The translations under genes and the position numbers were made by a program. Under the pieces are notes generated by a model, which had not been told where the DNA came from, searched no databases, and saw only the letters and a list, made by a program, of their open reading frames with translations. A DNA stretch of 64,000 nt from Ptychomitrium polyphyllum (lineage: Eukaryota), in the NCBI GenBank assembly GCA_973851085.1, contig OZ316775.1:2294001-2358000 (forward strand), given 5' to 3'. Below, piece after piece: positions 13,151-27,000 of this stretch. The first letter of the stretch is position 1; the number at the start of each line of letters is the position of its first letter.

Positions 13151-15471
13151 ATGGCTGCGGGGGCGCTGTTGTCGACAAATTCTCAGTTGCCAGCGATTCA
13201 ACCGACGGTGGAATCGGAGTTTGAGAAAGCAGTGCAGATGCTTCAGCAAAGTAAGCTAACGGCCGTAGATGAGAGTGTGATCGCCCCGCGAGAGAAGACG
13301 TTCCGTAGCCATTACCATCAACTGCCTCCCAGTCCACACACCAACTTGACTTCTTTTGTATTGGAATTCGCGACTAGCAAATTTGCATCCAAGACCGCTT
13401 TTGTGGATGGATCCACCGGTACAAGCTACTCCTATTCCCAGGTCGGTACTCGAGCTCCTTCAGCTCGACCGCTTCATGAGCAAATCACGCGGACATTTGT
13501 ATCAAATCGAGTTCGTGAGGTTAACGAAGAGAATTAACCCTCATTGTTGATTGCAGATGAGTGAGTTGGTGAAGCGTACAGCTGCGGGCTTTGTGTCATT
13601 GGGGTTGAAGCCGAAGGACGTGGTCCTCTTGCTCTCCCCCAACAATCCACACTTCGCCGTTGTGTACCTGGCGGTAGTCTCGCTCGGCGCCATCGTCGCG
13701 CCGTCTAACCCTCTGAACACCGAAACCGACATTGCTAAGCAAATGGTACAAGCAAATGTCAAGTTCGTGGTCACGGTCCCGGAGCTTCTCAGCAAATTCG
13801 GCGAGAACATCTACACCCTGCCTACTATTCTCATCGGTAATCAACTTGACTTCTCCCTGACTCCGGGCTCTCATAGATTTCCAAGCAACTACTTGTACAC
13901 ACTGATCATGAATCAAGCATATTTAAACGCAGCGAGTCAATTCTGGCAGATTCGGATAACTTTTGTGCGCTGGGAATATCCATCTTAAATCTGCAGGTGA
14001 CAAAGCCATGGCCAGTGAACTCAAGACGACAAGCTCCATTTCGTTTCTTTCCGAGATCACTGGCAAAGATGAGTACTCCGAAGCTCCGTTACCCGAATGC
14101 CACCCCGACGACACATGTACGCTCTTGTTCTCGTCCGGCACGACGGGTCTTAGCAAGGCGGTCCAGATTACCCACCGGAACTTCATGACCGCTGTCACGG
14201 CGTACAATACACTGGAGCCCGGTGCGTCCACGAAAGAGGACGACGTCTGCCTGGCAATCATCCCCCTGTACCACGTCTACGGCCTCGGAATCGTGTTCCT
14301 GGCCACTATCCAGCGCGGCGCGTCGGTGGTCACCATAGCCCGGTATACCCTCCCGGAGATGTTACAATACATCGAGCGTTTCAGGATCACGGTAGCGACG
14401 CTAGTCCCGCCGATCTACGTCGTCCTCGTGAAGAGCGCGGAGCTTGTGACGAAGTACGACCTTAGCTCGCTTAGAATCCTCGCCACTGGAGCGGCGTCGC
14501 TGCGTGAAGACACCATGAAAGCCATCCAGACCATGTTCCCGCATTGTGTGATCCGCCAAGGGTACGGTATGACGGAAATCCCTTTGATATCCTTCAGCGT
14601 GATTGCAAATGAGCGCCAGCAGTGGGGCTCCGTGGGTCCAATTGTCCCCGGCATTGAAGCACGAATCGCCCACATCGAAACGGCCGCCTCCCTCCCCGCT
14701 ATGGCCACCGGCGAGGTGTGGATTCGAGGACCCCAAGTCATGAAAGGTAACCTCCAATCTCTTGCACACCAAAACAATACTTCACTTGCAAGACTGAGCG
14801 AAACTTTGCAAAATGATTAGCCTTGTACTTGGCTGTAATTTTTCTTGCTTCTTTCAAAAAAACGCCATTACTTAACCAGTGAGATTATCTAAATTTTAGG
14901 TTATCTTAACGATCCGGAGCAAACAGCCGTAACTTTGGACTCCGAGGGGTGGTTGCACACGGGTGATCTGGGCTACATCGACCATAACGGCTACCTATAC
15001 ATTGTGGACAGATTGAAAGAGATGATCAAGTACAAGGCTCACCAAGTTGCCCCTGGGGAGCTCGAGGCGGTGTTGCTGAAGCATCCTCGAATTCTGGACG
15101 CTGCTGTGATTCCGTAAGTGTTGAGAGTTGATTTAGACAGTTTTCCTGATAGTGGAATGGTGGGTTTCTGTTTTAATTTCGTCCTCTGTAGACAGGTTGG
15201 GTTGGATGCTGTGAGGCGAAGTTGAGTGATTGTTGTTGGAATGTGCAGGTTTCCTGATGATGAAGCTGGGGAGCTGCCTATGGCGTTTGTGGTGAAGAGA
15301 GAGGGATCTGATTTGAACGAATCTGAGGTTATGAGCTTTGTTGCGAAATTGGTGGCGCCTTACAAGAAGGTCCGCAAGGTGGAGTTTACTAATGCCATTC
15401 CGAAGTCTGCAACGGGCAAGATTCTTCGGAAGGAGCTCATTGTAAAGATCAGACAGCAACTAAGTTCTTGA
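13151..15471 (+). CDS. 4-coumarate:CoA ligase-like acyl-activating enzyme (ANL superfamily), ~585 aa, 5 exons
   Basis: Exons 13151-13441, 13557-13836, 13997-14746, 14900-15113, 15249-15471 join in frame (GT-AG). Motifs: AMP-binding [65 protein letters not shown]. Box II is GEVWIRG rather than the GEICIRG of true 4CLs. Confidence 0.93.
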
Positions 15472-17234
15472 GATCAACACACCCAATGCAGCATATGTAC
15501 ACAGCGAAAACAATTTTTGGAATTCTGAAATGAACTTCAACGTCATGTCCAGCTCTATGATGCTGAGGGCACAAGGACTGGGAAGGGAGACATGATACAG
15601 TATCGGCCATGCTCTGCAGTTATACCATCATCAGCGTCACTCAAAGTTGAAGTTATATGGTGTCAGGAGTTGAAACCTAGGTTATCTATATTTGTACTAC
15701 TACATCTGTAGCAGCTACTATAAGAGTTCCTCGATTTATGAACGATTATGTGCTTTCCTGTCTTTAATAGACAGATATGGAAAGCCGCATTGGAAAATTC
15801 CATGAACCTCTGAGCACGCTAAAAGCAATCTCCATTCGCTTTACAGAATGGCCAACAACTTCTAATTTGTCCTTGCAGGTAGGAACAATTATCCATGTGA
15901 AGCAAACTTTGTTGCCTCCGGGTTTTGCATATTTGAGAGCTTTGATGCATCATGTCTCACCACCTGTGTAGGTTGACTGGATGGAGAGTTTCTAAATTGA
16001 TATAATGCAGAGAATGACAATCATGAATTGTCACATTCAATCCTGACAATTGGATAACTATGTTCCAGCTGAACACAACACAGGCCAGATTCCAACTCAA
16101 GTCTGCACTTCATTCAATACAATTCCAAGTCTCACAATTCCGGCTATTATTTTACCAAGAATCACCTGTGCTACTAAACAATCATGTGTACATCTAATTT
16201 CTGTTGCATACCCATCCTCACTCACTTTGCTAGATTTATTTGTTTACACCACCTGAGCCAGCTTGAACATTTCATTCATCTCATAAATTTCATGCTTGCT
16301 CAAAAATTCCACTTGCTTAACCAGCCAAACTTTTCTAGCTTGTTGTCCTGAAGACTAATGACTGAATTGTTTTTGAATTCAGCAGGTAGGCATCTAGGAT
16401 ACCACCTTTAGATTGGGCCAAATCTGGTGAAAACCCTGAAGAAAGCGCCTAGTGTTTGCATTATGACCACACAGAATACTCGTCTGTCTTTGCATTCCAC
16501 ATAGATGCAGTATAGAGAGTCCAGTCAAGGACAGCTATTTGGCTTAAAGTAGCCACCAACTAAGCACCATTAGTGCTACTAAATGGCTTGAATTAAGCTT
16601 CCCAGCTCCAACAAAGCCATGGTGGGGGAATGCATGTAAAGAAATGAAGAGAGGACAAGCAGGCGTAAGGTCTGGGTCCCCTCTGTAGAGATTGGGAAGC
16701 CTAAGGAAGCCTTTTTCTTTTTGAAAAGTTCCGTGAATGAATTCTAACACTATAAATATTAATATGTAAACACTCCAATAGTTGACAAGTGTTCTTGGAA
16801 TAAATAAGAATCAACCCAAAAATATTTATATAGTGAATTTTAAGGATCATTTAAAATTATAGAATACTGCTTTATATTATAATAATCTAAGTAAATATCT
16901 TGTTAATACAAATTTGTATATAAAGTTAGAAGAAGTTGATGATTAATGCATGATGCAAAAGATTCAATGAAAGAGAGGATCTAAAAGATATATTTTTATG
17001 TGAACAAATTCAAGTATCTATTGAATATTGCAAATATATGGAAGAAAGTAAAATGGTTTGGAAACTCATGAATGAAAGTGGATTAGCAATCTTTATCTCA
17101 TTAAAAGAACCATAAATAAATAAACATATTATAAAATCTCAAAGAAAAAACAAATCAACACTATATGTATGAAGGGTTTTTAAAAAATATATAAATTCCA
17201 ATACAACAATATTTCCAAGCATTCTTTGCACTAC

Positions 17235-17502
17235 ATCAAACATTATATCTTGATACAAGAATTTTAGATCAAACATTATATCTTGATACAAGAATTTTAG
17301 ATCAAACATTATATCTTGATACAAGAATTTTAGATCAAACATTATATCTTGATACAAGAATTTTAGATCAAACATTATATCTTGATACAAGAATTTTAGA
17401 TCAAACATTATATCTTGATACAAGAATTTTAGATCAAACATTATATCTTGATACAAGAATTTTAGATCAAACATTATATCTTGATACAAGAATTTTAGAT
17501 CA
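17235..17502 (+). repeat. Perfect 33-bp minisatellite, 8 copies
   Basis: Unit ATCAAACATTATATCTTGATACAAGAATTTTAG repeated 8 times without mismatch, plus ATCA. Confidence 0.97.
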
Positions 17503-18482
17503 TTTGGCATCCTGACCTATAGAAAACCATTATAATAAAATACATTGTTGCATGAAAACATTTAATAGAAAATTAATTAATAAAAAGAATCATGGAAGGA
17601 GCTACAGAAAATACTATGATACTATGATACTGTGATACTATGAGAAAGTTGATAACATTTTTATCTCAAAAGATTTGGTACTCCCAGTAATATTTTTCAT
17701 TTCAAACATACATGTTCCGCATAACAATACATTCTTTTGCTCAGATCCCTCTACTTTTATGGTATTTTATGTTGGAGTAATTGCTGATTTTAAATCATTA
17801 TGAAGTGTGACTAGTTTTACTCATCACTTTATGCAATTCCTCAAGGTTGGTGTTAGAGCAAAACATCTCACACCTCTTGAAGAATGTTATGAGGCTGGTC
17901 CTCCCTACCCAATTATAGTACTTGTGCCACAAGAGGAGCCATAAGCTACAAACACCATTTGTATAGCCTCAAATGGTCAGAAAAATAGAAAATCATACTT
18001 AAGGTCACAGTCCCTGCCACAGTTCAAGGGATGGCCAATAGTGACCAAGGAATCCATCACGGAAAAGCATGTAAAAGTAAGAAATAAACTCCATTGATTG
18101 ATTACTACTCCTAAGTTCTAACACTCTGACTGGCGTCACTTAGATATCAAGACAGAGCTTTATAAATGAGCAACATCAAAATTCAGAACTGATGGTCCAC
18201 AGCTCAAACCTTAAATGCTGAAACCCTTTTCCAAAATTTAACAGCTCTCAAAAACAGGATTATTCCAAATACTCTTACTTACGATTACATGGGCAATCCA
18301 TAAGGGCAAGTCTTAAATCCAAGACTTTCCCGAGGCTTTTAAATGTTATGACCGATGACACATCTCAAGGTATAACTTCTGATAGTACCACGAAGAAGGC
18401 CACTGTGTCATTTTCTGAGTTCAAAACATCTACTAGAATTGCAAAAGTCACATCGCGCAGGACAAGCAGCGAAATGAAAATA

Positions 18483-21400
18483 TCAATCCTTTGCGCTGAT
18501 ATAATCAATGGCTTGCTTGCAAATACCAGTCATGCTTGCCTCCGGTCCATATACCTGACATGTCCATCCGTCAGGTTGATTATTAGCAAGCTTTGGGCGG
18601 GACTTGAAAGAAAACATACTACTTGAAAGGAGAGTGGAAGATTCTTTCTCATAAAAAACAGACATGTATATGACGTGTGTTTCTAATACAAGAACCAGGC
18701 CGTCTCATGCTACACAAACCACATCTTAAATCGGCATGAATGAAGTCCTGATGAAACACATTTCAAAATGATTTAGGGTGTTTACTAGCTATATTCTAAA
18801 CATCGTCCTTATCTTGCAGAATTCAGAACAGGAATGGATCTCCTCATTACGATACCTCAATTGGAACTCCAGTTTCTTCACTTAGAGCCCGCATGTTTGC
18901 TAGACCCTTTAAGTAGTTGGGGCCTCCTCTCCGCACGTAAATGTTCACTCTTGCTGCTTTAAGATCAGATTGCTGCATCGACAGTTAACAACAAGGAATG
19001 TCATGCAAGCTTCATCAAAAGAACCGTACACAAAACAAATAAATCAAGTATCTAAGGAGGATTACCTTCTCACGCATGGCTCGAATAATACCATTAAAAG
19101 TGGCTGCCACATCAGTGAAATTAGCAATGCCTCCTCCCACCACCATCGCTCTCTTGCGGCCATCGGGATTTGCAGTAGCACACTGATATGACCAAACCTT
19201 GATTAGAGTCCAAATAAATTCTTCATACTCAGAAATCTGAATCTCAAAGGAGACTTTAAATGCTTTTATATATGAACTACTAAAAACATATATCTGTTGT
19301 GTGGCACTAGTCATTTGAGAGGTACCATGAAGAGAAAGATCAGTGAGAAGACACTAAAGAAAGGTGCAAATAAAGGGACTGAGTGGTTGCTGCAAGTTGT
19401 GAACAAGTTCAGAAGGGAAAAGTCGAAACAGATCGTCCAATACTTGGAAGAAGAGAGAACCAGTATAACGAGGAAGAATTGGAGATATAGCCACAAATGA
19501 CTGATAGAAAACTTACTCCAATCAAAGCACGTGCATACTGCAACGTCTCTTCCTCATTGGGAGCTCCACTGTACTCAGCATAATTGCCAAGCTCGTGTGC
19601 GTAACCCAGGTCTCCAACCTGAAAATGCGAGGAAAAAATGAACAATACTTTACTAAAGCGGACAAGCACATCATGAAGGATGTGAGCATCAGAATTCCAG
19701 ACTAGTACCAGATGGACAGTCATTGCACAGATTCTTATGAACTCCATCAAAAGAGCGTCATCGTGAACATACTCTGCGAGTAGGCCATCTTCAACTTACT
19801 GTTAGCAATTGAGATTGTTAACATCTTCGCAAGGAAATCGGGTTATGTATATTAACTCATCATTTGGGTAAAGAAAAATGCTAGAGTTCAACTTACGGTG
19901 TCAGCGTAGATGACACTGGCACCACCTCCAGCGACCATAGTCCAGATCCGGCCCTTCGGGTTCAATATCGTCAGTTTCAGAGAAGCTCCAGTCTGCAGCC
20001 ACATAGATGTTAATTTAGATCCTCAAAAGAACAACTCAATACAGTAAGTAATGGATTGGAGGAGCAAGTGATGTCTCTTAGTAAGCAAGATAATCAGTAA
20101 TACCTTTTCATCCATCCTATGAATACTCTCCTCGGCTGAAGTCATGGTTCTTCCAAAAGGCAATGGAAATTCCAGATCACCCCACCTGCGCAACGCAATT
20201 CCAACAATTAATCACTTACTTATAATTAAGGCCACGTAAAAAGTACTTCCACACGACATTCACTTCGAAGTACTTTAGAAAAAGACGCGTACTTCTGGAA
20301 GTTCTTGAAAAGGGCAGTGTCATCTAGCTCGCCACGCATGTCCAATGGGCAAGGGACACTGTTTACCAACGTAAAGGGGTTCATCTCCAGCAGAGTGAAG
20401 TCCAAGTCTGAAGTTACAGGAGCATACGGGCATCAATACGGACAGAAAATATAAAAGCTAATAACTAGAGACATGAACAACCTCAACTATTACGATGAGA
20501 CGTTATTCAGCGTATACTGTACCTTGAAAGACAGCGAAAGAGCCCCGCAGAAAAGCTTCAATTGTCTGGCGAACCTGAAAAAGTTAACAAAAATATTAAT
20601 AAATGCTCAACATACTGCACGTGAAAATACCCGAACATCGTCTTCATGAGCAAATATGATCCATTATAAGCAAAGAACTATGAGAACTGAACTAGATACA
20701 CAAAATTAAACCTGGACAACAAGATGGGACCAGTTACCTCCAAACGAAGTGAGGCAATCAGTGGCGCACATAGTTCGGGCGTCAGAGTCTTCTCGGTCGG
20801 TATGAAGATGGACTTGACCTAAAGTCCGTCCAGCATAGTCTAACATCAGTCAGGAACATATAACTAGTTTGCGTAATCTCGAAGAAAGACAAGAAAAAGA
20901 TCCTGAAACTTAGAAGCGACACAAGTATTCCTTCCCAACCACACATGTCCGGAACCAACATTTAATAAGCAAACAATGGTACAAGGAGAGCCACAAGTCT
21001 TGTCTTACCTTGTCCCAGTTCTCTTCAATGTCTATACCACCGCACTCGGAGAAGCTGACATTTGCTCCAAGGCGATCTGACACAATTGATAGATAGTACT
21101 CATCACTATGAGGAACAAAGGGCTCCACAATGAACGTTGTGATCGGGCCTTTGGTGCCGCTCATCTCCACCTGACATAGACAATTAAAAACCCAAGTTTA
21201 GCTAATTGGATACGTTTGTAGCATGTATGTATTCAAGTTCCATTATATAATGAAGTTGATAAAGATATAAACTGCTCGTTGCCCTACCTCTTTGCCTAAT
21301 CTCTCCTTCACAAAGAATTCCACGCCTGCCAAGTCCAGATTGAGTGCTACCTGCAACCAGATTGTGATGAGCCAGTACGTATAGAAACATAATTGCAAAA

Positions 21401-21861
21401 AAAAAAAGGCGTTACCAGATGGCCGGGACCTTGAACTTGAATGAATTGTGACTTGAACACAATAGAAAATAATTTTAACGAGGCATATTATCTCACCAGA
21501 CCACTTTTGCCGCGCTTGCCAAATAACATATCAGGCTTCACAACTAGACGAGTAGAGTTGAGCCATGGCTCCTCGTTTGCCAACCTGTTGAAATCTGTTG
21601 ATTTTGTAACCTGGAATTTCAAAAACAATGAGCAGGATTCTCTTGAGAACGCACTTCTACCAAAAATCCACCATCTCAAGCGTCGTGGATGGCACGTTCC
21701 TTGGATGGTTTTTTATGTATACAGGATTCAAGAGGCGATAAATCTCAAAAACTGGAATATACCTGCGCAGCCTTGATGTCCACTTCAATGCCTGCTAGCC
21801 TCTTCAAGTGCTCTTTAAAGATTCGTTTTGAGTTGTACTCTCTAATCTTCTTCCTTGCCAT
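18483..21861 (-). CDS. ACLA: ATP-citrate lyase subunit A, ~423 aa, 13 exons
   Basis: Starts [19 protein letters not shown]. Contains [91 protein letters not shown] and RRGGPNY. Ends [23 protein letters not shown]. All exons join in frame with GT-AG introns. Confidence 0.97.
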
Positions 21862-22808
21862 GGTTCCGAACTAGTTTATCCTTGCAAGCTGCAAGTATAA
21901 GCCACCATCAACGGTGACTTCAAAAACCGAGATACCAGGATTCGAAAACCTACGACGCGGACGTCGCGTGGGTGCAAAGCAATGATCGATCACGGTAGTG
22001 AAACAATTTTGCAAAGGCCACCTAGAGATTGATCCAAATTTGCAACAAGCAACGCAAGCATTTCCGAAGATAACTTCAGAGGGAGCCAAGGAAGAAAAGC
22101 CCTGCTTCAGCACAGAACGAACATAAATGCAACTGACAACGATGTAGCAGACGGGGACTCTGTTCTCTCACACAATTCTCTCGTTCGTGAGGAAACTAAG
22201 CACTCGGGTTACGAGGGAACCAGCATCGCCAGTCTCAAACTCTCAAGGTACTCAAAAACAATTAATCACTAACAAGAAACAGACGATCATCCTCAACGGA
22301 GCGCACCCAACAGCAGAAGCTAACTGCATTAAGCAACAGCACATCATACATCAATCATCCGAAGGCCAGCTCCGAATCGGAAACACCCAACTCAAAACCC
22401 ACAACCCGAGATACAGACTGCCCTCGTAGAACCTCCGTGAAGAAGATCAAGGTACCAATTCAGCACTTGGAATCGAAAGCAGAGACGCGACGCCGCCGTG
22501 AAGCCGTTGAACGCTCCCTTCTTGCACCTCTCCAAAGCCAGCAATCTCAAGCTAGCAAACGAGGCTGCGTCCTCTTCAACTACAGGAGCGCAACAGAAGT
22601 GCCCTGCAGTCAAAGCAGCGGTCAAAAATGTTGTGCACTGCAGTCAAACTAAAGGTCAAAAAGTGGACTCATCAACAAGCTCCGCTCATCAGTTTAGTCC
22701 TAAGCGCAACAGTGGTGTCACGACATCCTCCCTCTTCGTCGCCCTCCGCTATTCTCGTTTGTTAAGCGAGCTGCAAGCGACTTTGTCACACAACGCTTGA
22801 TAGTTGTT

Positions 22809-22822
22809 CACGTGATCACGTG
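22809..22822. promoter_or_regulatory. Tandem G-box palindrome upstream of ACLA
   Basis: CACGTGATCACGTG: two CACGTG boxes forming a perfect 14-bp palindrome, ~950 bp upstream of the ACLA ATG and just beyond the GC-rich leader region. Confidence 0.5.
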
Positions 22823-23088
22823 ATCACACGAAAATCAACCGTATTGAGGTTTGCAAGAGCGTGTCGACTGAATATGCATTTTGCTATTCTATTACGATGT
22901 GTGATTTACACTGCGTAATTAGTGCTCTGATAGGTTTTGTTTTCGTAGTCAACATACCGTAGTATCAGCGTGTGTGTTGTATGATGCGGGACTGTTCATA
23001 CTTTTGTTCTATGGTCAACAAATAACAATTCTAACCTTTCTGCAGTCAATCATAGATTCTTTATTTGTCGAAGTGAAGGGGTGAAGGT

Positions 23089-23128
23089 GAGACTTGGAGA
23101 CTTGGAGACTTGGAGACTTGGAGACTTG
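23089..23128 (+). repeat. 8-bp tandem repeat (GAGACTTG)x5
   Basis: Five perfect copies read directly. Confidence 0.95.
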
Positions 23129-24085
23129 TAAATGTTCCTCACTTTCTACAAGAGAACTACTTTATCTGCTTGATGTAAAGTGGTAAGTTCGGCTTGAGAA
23201 GCAGCAGCACGGTGAGAGGAAAGAATTAAGCAGTCGTAGTGGTGATGAAGAAAACACTTGCCAAATCGGGACTTGATTTTCTAGAACTTGCAGATACACG
23301 CACAGCGTCGCTGGAATGAACAAACAAACCGCAGCGAACTCCGTTTCTGTTTTATACACATGCATGTTATGTGAACCATCCGTGGCAATCCCAGGATAGC
23401 CGTAAAAGAAAATGTCTTATAAAAACATTAGCACCATTTGGGCTGGGCTACCCCATCTCTGTCTTGAACTCAGGTTTAGTTTTCGAACCCTAAATGATCT
23501 CTGATTCAGGAAACTTGACCTGTCTTCGACCCGCGGTGCTCATCTTAGGAAGAGCTTCGCAGAGAGCTTCGCCGCGTCATTCGAGTGGTCATCGTCCTTG
23601 CTTCAGGGGTTGCCCCTTGGGGCACTTTGTTATCTCCAGCACCTTGTAGGATGCTGCAGCTCGACCTTGTTGACCTTCGTCCATCGCCAATATCCTGGGA
23701 AATTTGAGGCTGGCCATCTTTGACAGTAGCCCTCGCCTTGCCTCGGCCTTTTCCACGACCATCACCTAGCGTCCCATCGCTAATCAGGCCACCTGACCCC
23801 TCACTCACAATCGAGCTCTCAGCTCTGCTTTTGGCTTCAGCGCCGCGAGTTGCCACCGCCGTAGCTGATAGTGCCAACCAAATTGTTGTGCGTTAGGGAA
23901 CATGGACTCACTTTAGCTTCAAACCATTCCGGATTTGAGAAACTTCTTGTTTCTGATGTGCAGAGGGCACTTAGGATATTGGAGTTTCTGTAGCCGATGC
24001 TAATCATGAAAGAATATACATGCGAAGGGAGTTAAATTGGTGAAGAGGTATAATATATATCACAAGTTGACTTGAAGGTGTACGT

Positions 24086-27000
24086 TTAAGTCGGACTACC
24101 TGGTGCCAATTTTGTGTCACCAGCGGAGCTAGATCTTCGAGGCCGAAGAGCGCGGATATGTCCTGTATTAATTATGAACCCCTTCTCTTGTACTAAATCT
24201 TGTAGAACACCATCCCCTGTTTCCGTTCGCTTTTTTCTTTGGTAAAACAGAAATGGACGCGGGGCTGGAACGGGGACCTCAAGCGCCTCGCCAACCGGCT
24301 CTTGTTCAACCTCACTTTGATAATTGACACTGCATGTTTGGCAGGTACCTGCTGGGTCGATTGACGCTGTGGATGCCGATCGGCCATTACGTGCACTTCG
24401 CCTCCTGTTCATACGGTTCTTCCTAGGAGCACTTCTCTTGGGGCTTGCAGCAAATTTCTCTGGCATAATTGGGAACTTCTCATCATGAGCTAGTTCGTCC
24501 TCCAGATGCTCATCACTTTCCTCACCTCCAGCCAGTGCCATCGATTCTGCGTCCAGTTCTGGTACACACAGAAATTTTTCTAATACATCCTCAAAATCCT
24601 CGCTAAGCGTTATTGTAGCACTTCTGTCTTTATCATCAAGCTCAGAGCTTTTGTTCTCTGCATAATAATCAATTTCCTCTAAACGATCTACCTCACTCAG
24701 CAAATTTCCTTGCAGAAGGGGAGAAAATTGGTCAAAATTCGGGGTATCTGTAACGAGTTGTGGATATAACTCTATCTTTCTAGTTGGTGTGGTGAAGTCA
24801 TGAATAGTGTGCTCCAGTGACTCCTCATTTGGCCTAACTGTGCCCATAAGGTCCTCTTGGCACGACAAATCATCTTCACTGGATTGAGAAAACACTTTTC
24901 TCTTTATTCTTGGTGGCGAATCTTTCAGATTACTTTCGGGTGTAAGCTCGAAACCGTGTGACATTTCAGGTAGTGTACCTGACTTGAGGCTACTCTCCTC
25001 AGGATCTGTATCTAACCGAAATTCTGTGTCGAACTGGAAATCCAAGGACGGTGTAGGGAGCATAACACGAGTTGATTTTTTGAAAATAAAAGTACTATAA
25101 AGGCCTGCCACAAACATATCCACGTCGTTCGTGTTATTTACTACATAGATGTTGTCATCCTCAAGGTTCTCGACTTAAAATCCTCCACGGAAAGTCATTC
25201 AGCTAAGGCTCTAGATCAGCTAGGAATTAGGAAAAACCACAGATTTCGCAACCATAATTGTTTATTATAGTGACGACCTGTCAAGAAACCCTCTAAGTGA
25301 CGACGAAGAGGTAATCATCTGACTTGCTCTTCTGACACAGAAGTGCTACGAGACAGCCCTTTGAAGTAAGAAAATACATGTAAAATAAAACCAAGAAACC
25401 GAGAAAATCCACATGTCGGAGAGGAAGAAAGAGAGAAGCCTACTTAAGACGTCTGTGGCAACCGTGGAAAGTTTGCCCCGGGAATCAACCATTGGCTGTC
25501 CCTTCTGATCTAGCAGGTTCTTACAGCTGCTCTGCAGCGTGGAGGCAAAAGGAACCCTGCATTGCACTTCAAGTTCTTAGTACATGATACCTCCTCGCGA
25601 AGATTTGGGAACCGGACGATGTGCATATATATCAATCCGTGTGAAATAATCCTGGCTCAAAACTATCACATGTCCAAACTAGAGTGAGCTGTCATATGAG
25701 TAGGAGTCATTCATACTTCACAAAGGAACGAACTCATCTGATGCTTTCGAGATTCATACCATAGAATAACAAATAGTAGATTAATGTATTGCCATTGAAA
25801 ATTTCTGAGGTGCAGTAAATAAGGCACATATCGCAGGATTGCATTCGTTTGGAGCGTTACCTGTAATCATCATAAAATTCGGTGAGGTTTTGAATCTCAA
25901 CATACTCCAGGCCCACTTCTTCAGCAAGCCTACGAAACAATTAGGCAGCAATTTAGAAACCTTCGCCGTTTCTGCCAAACTCGACAACAGAAAGGTTTTA
26001 AAGGATTTGCTTCAGCTCTGGATCTCTAAAGTCAGATGTAGTCCATACTTCATGCTTAAGCTACTGAACATCAAGTTCTCCGTACCTGATGACTGATCGA
26101 AAATGAAATGATAAGAATCGCAGAGTTCATACTTTGTAAACATAAAGAATCACAAACATTGATGTCCCTAAGTAAATACTTAATCACCATGTTCTGTTTA
26201 CTTCGAAGCTGATTGAGAATTAGATGCAACCGGGTTATAGAAGTATTGTCAGTTATTCGACGGAAAAACAGATTGGCATGAAATTGAAATTACAAAATTA
26301 TCATGTCATTCAGAATGTTCCAAGTATTGTTGAAGCCAAACCTGATGAAACTGGGAAAGTGAACCAGTAGTTGCATCTGCGCGGGCAGGCCATCCACGAA
26401 ACGTAACTGATATTTCGACCCAAAAAAGTGGAATCTGAGATCCAACCAAAAAATTAGAAGGTGGATAGATATTCTGACTGGATTCCTGAATTCTTACATG
26501 AGCTTCAGCAACTGTTGAACAATCTTGAGCAACCACGCGGATTTTGGTTACAGTTGGGCAATCTATGTAAAAGATACTTGTGATGAAAAGAGCAAAAAGC
26601 ATGAGCAACCCACCGGTCATCCTCGAACGTGATGGTATACAGCGAGCTTTTTACACGAGGTAGAGTACCATTGACACGCAAGGAACCCACTTTCATAGCG
26701 TCCTCGACTGCTTTCTGGTACTTGTACCTGTAAGAGTGTTCCCAACCCTATCCTAATTAGTCTCAGTATGATCATGTCCAAAATTTAAATTCCCTCCGGA
26801 GGTTAAAAATGTTCAGAACTCCGAAAGCTGGGGCAATGTACCATGAAAACATACACTAAAACCAGCTAGGCTCTTCAAAGATAATTGGTAAAATTCAGGC
26901 ACACACCAGATAGTGGACGAATCTGGAGTCGTTCCAAAGAAGTAACCACCCGGCTTAAGGAGGGAGACAACGTTTCTTAGTAACAGCCGCACCATTCCCT

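Noticed and set aside
17139..17510. 123-aa ORF of (DLKFLYQDIMF)n, and a possible CRISPR-like array
   Set aside because: The ORF is a by-product of a 33-bp (multiple of 3) minisatellite. Units are head-to-tail with no spacers, no cas genes are present, and the context is eukaryotic.
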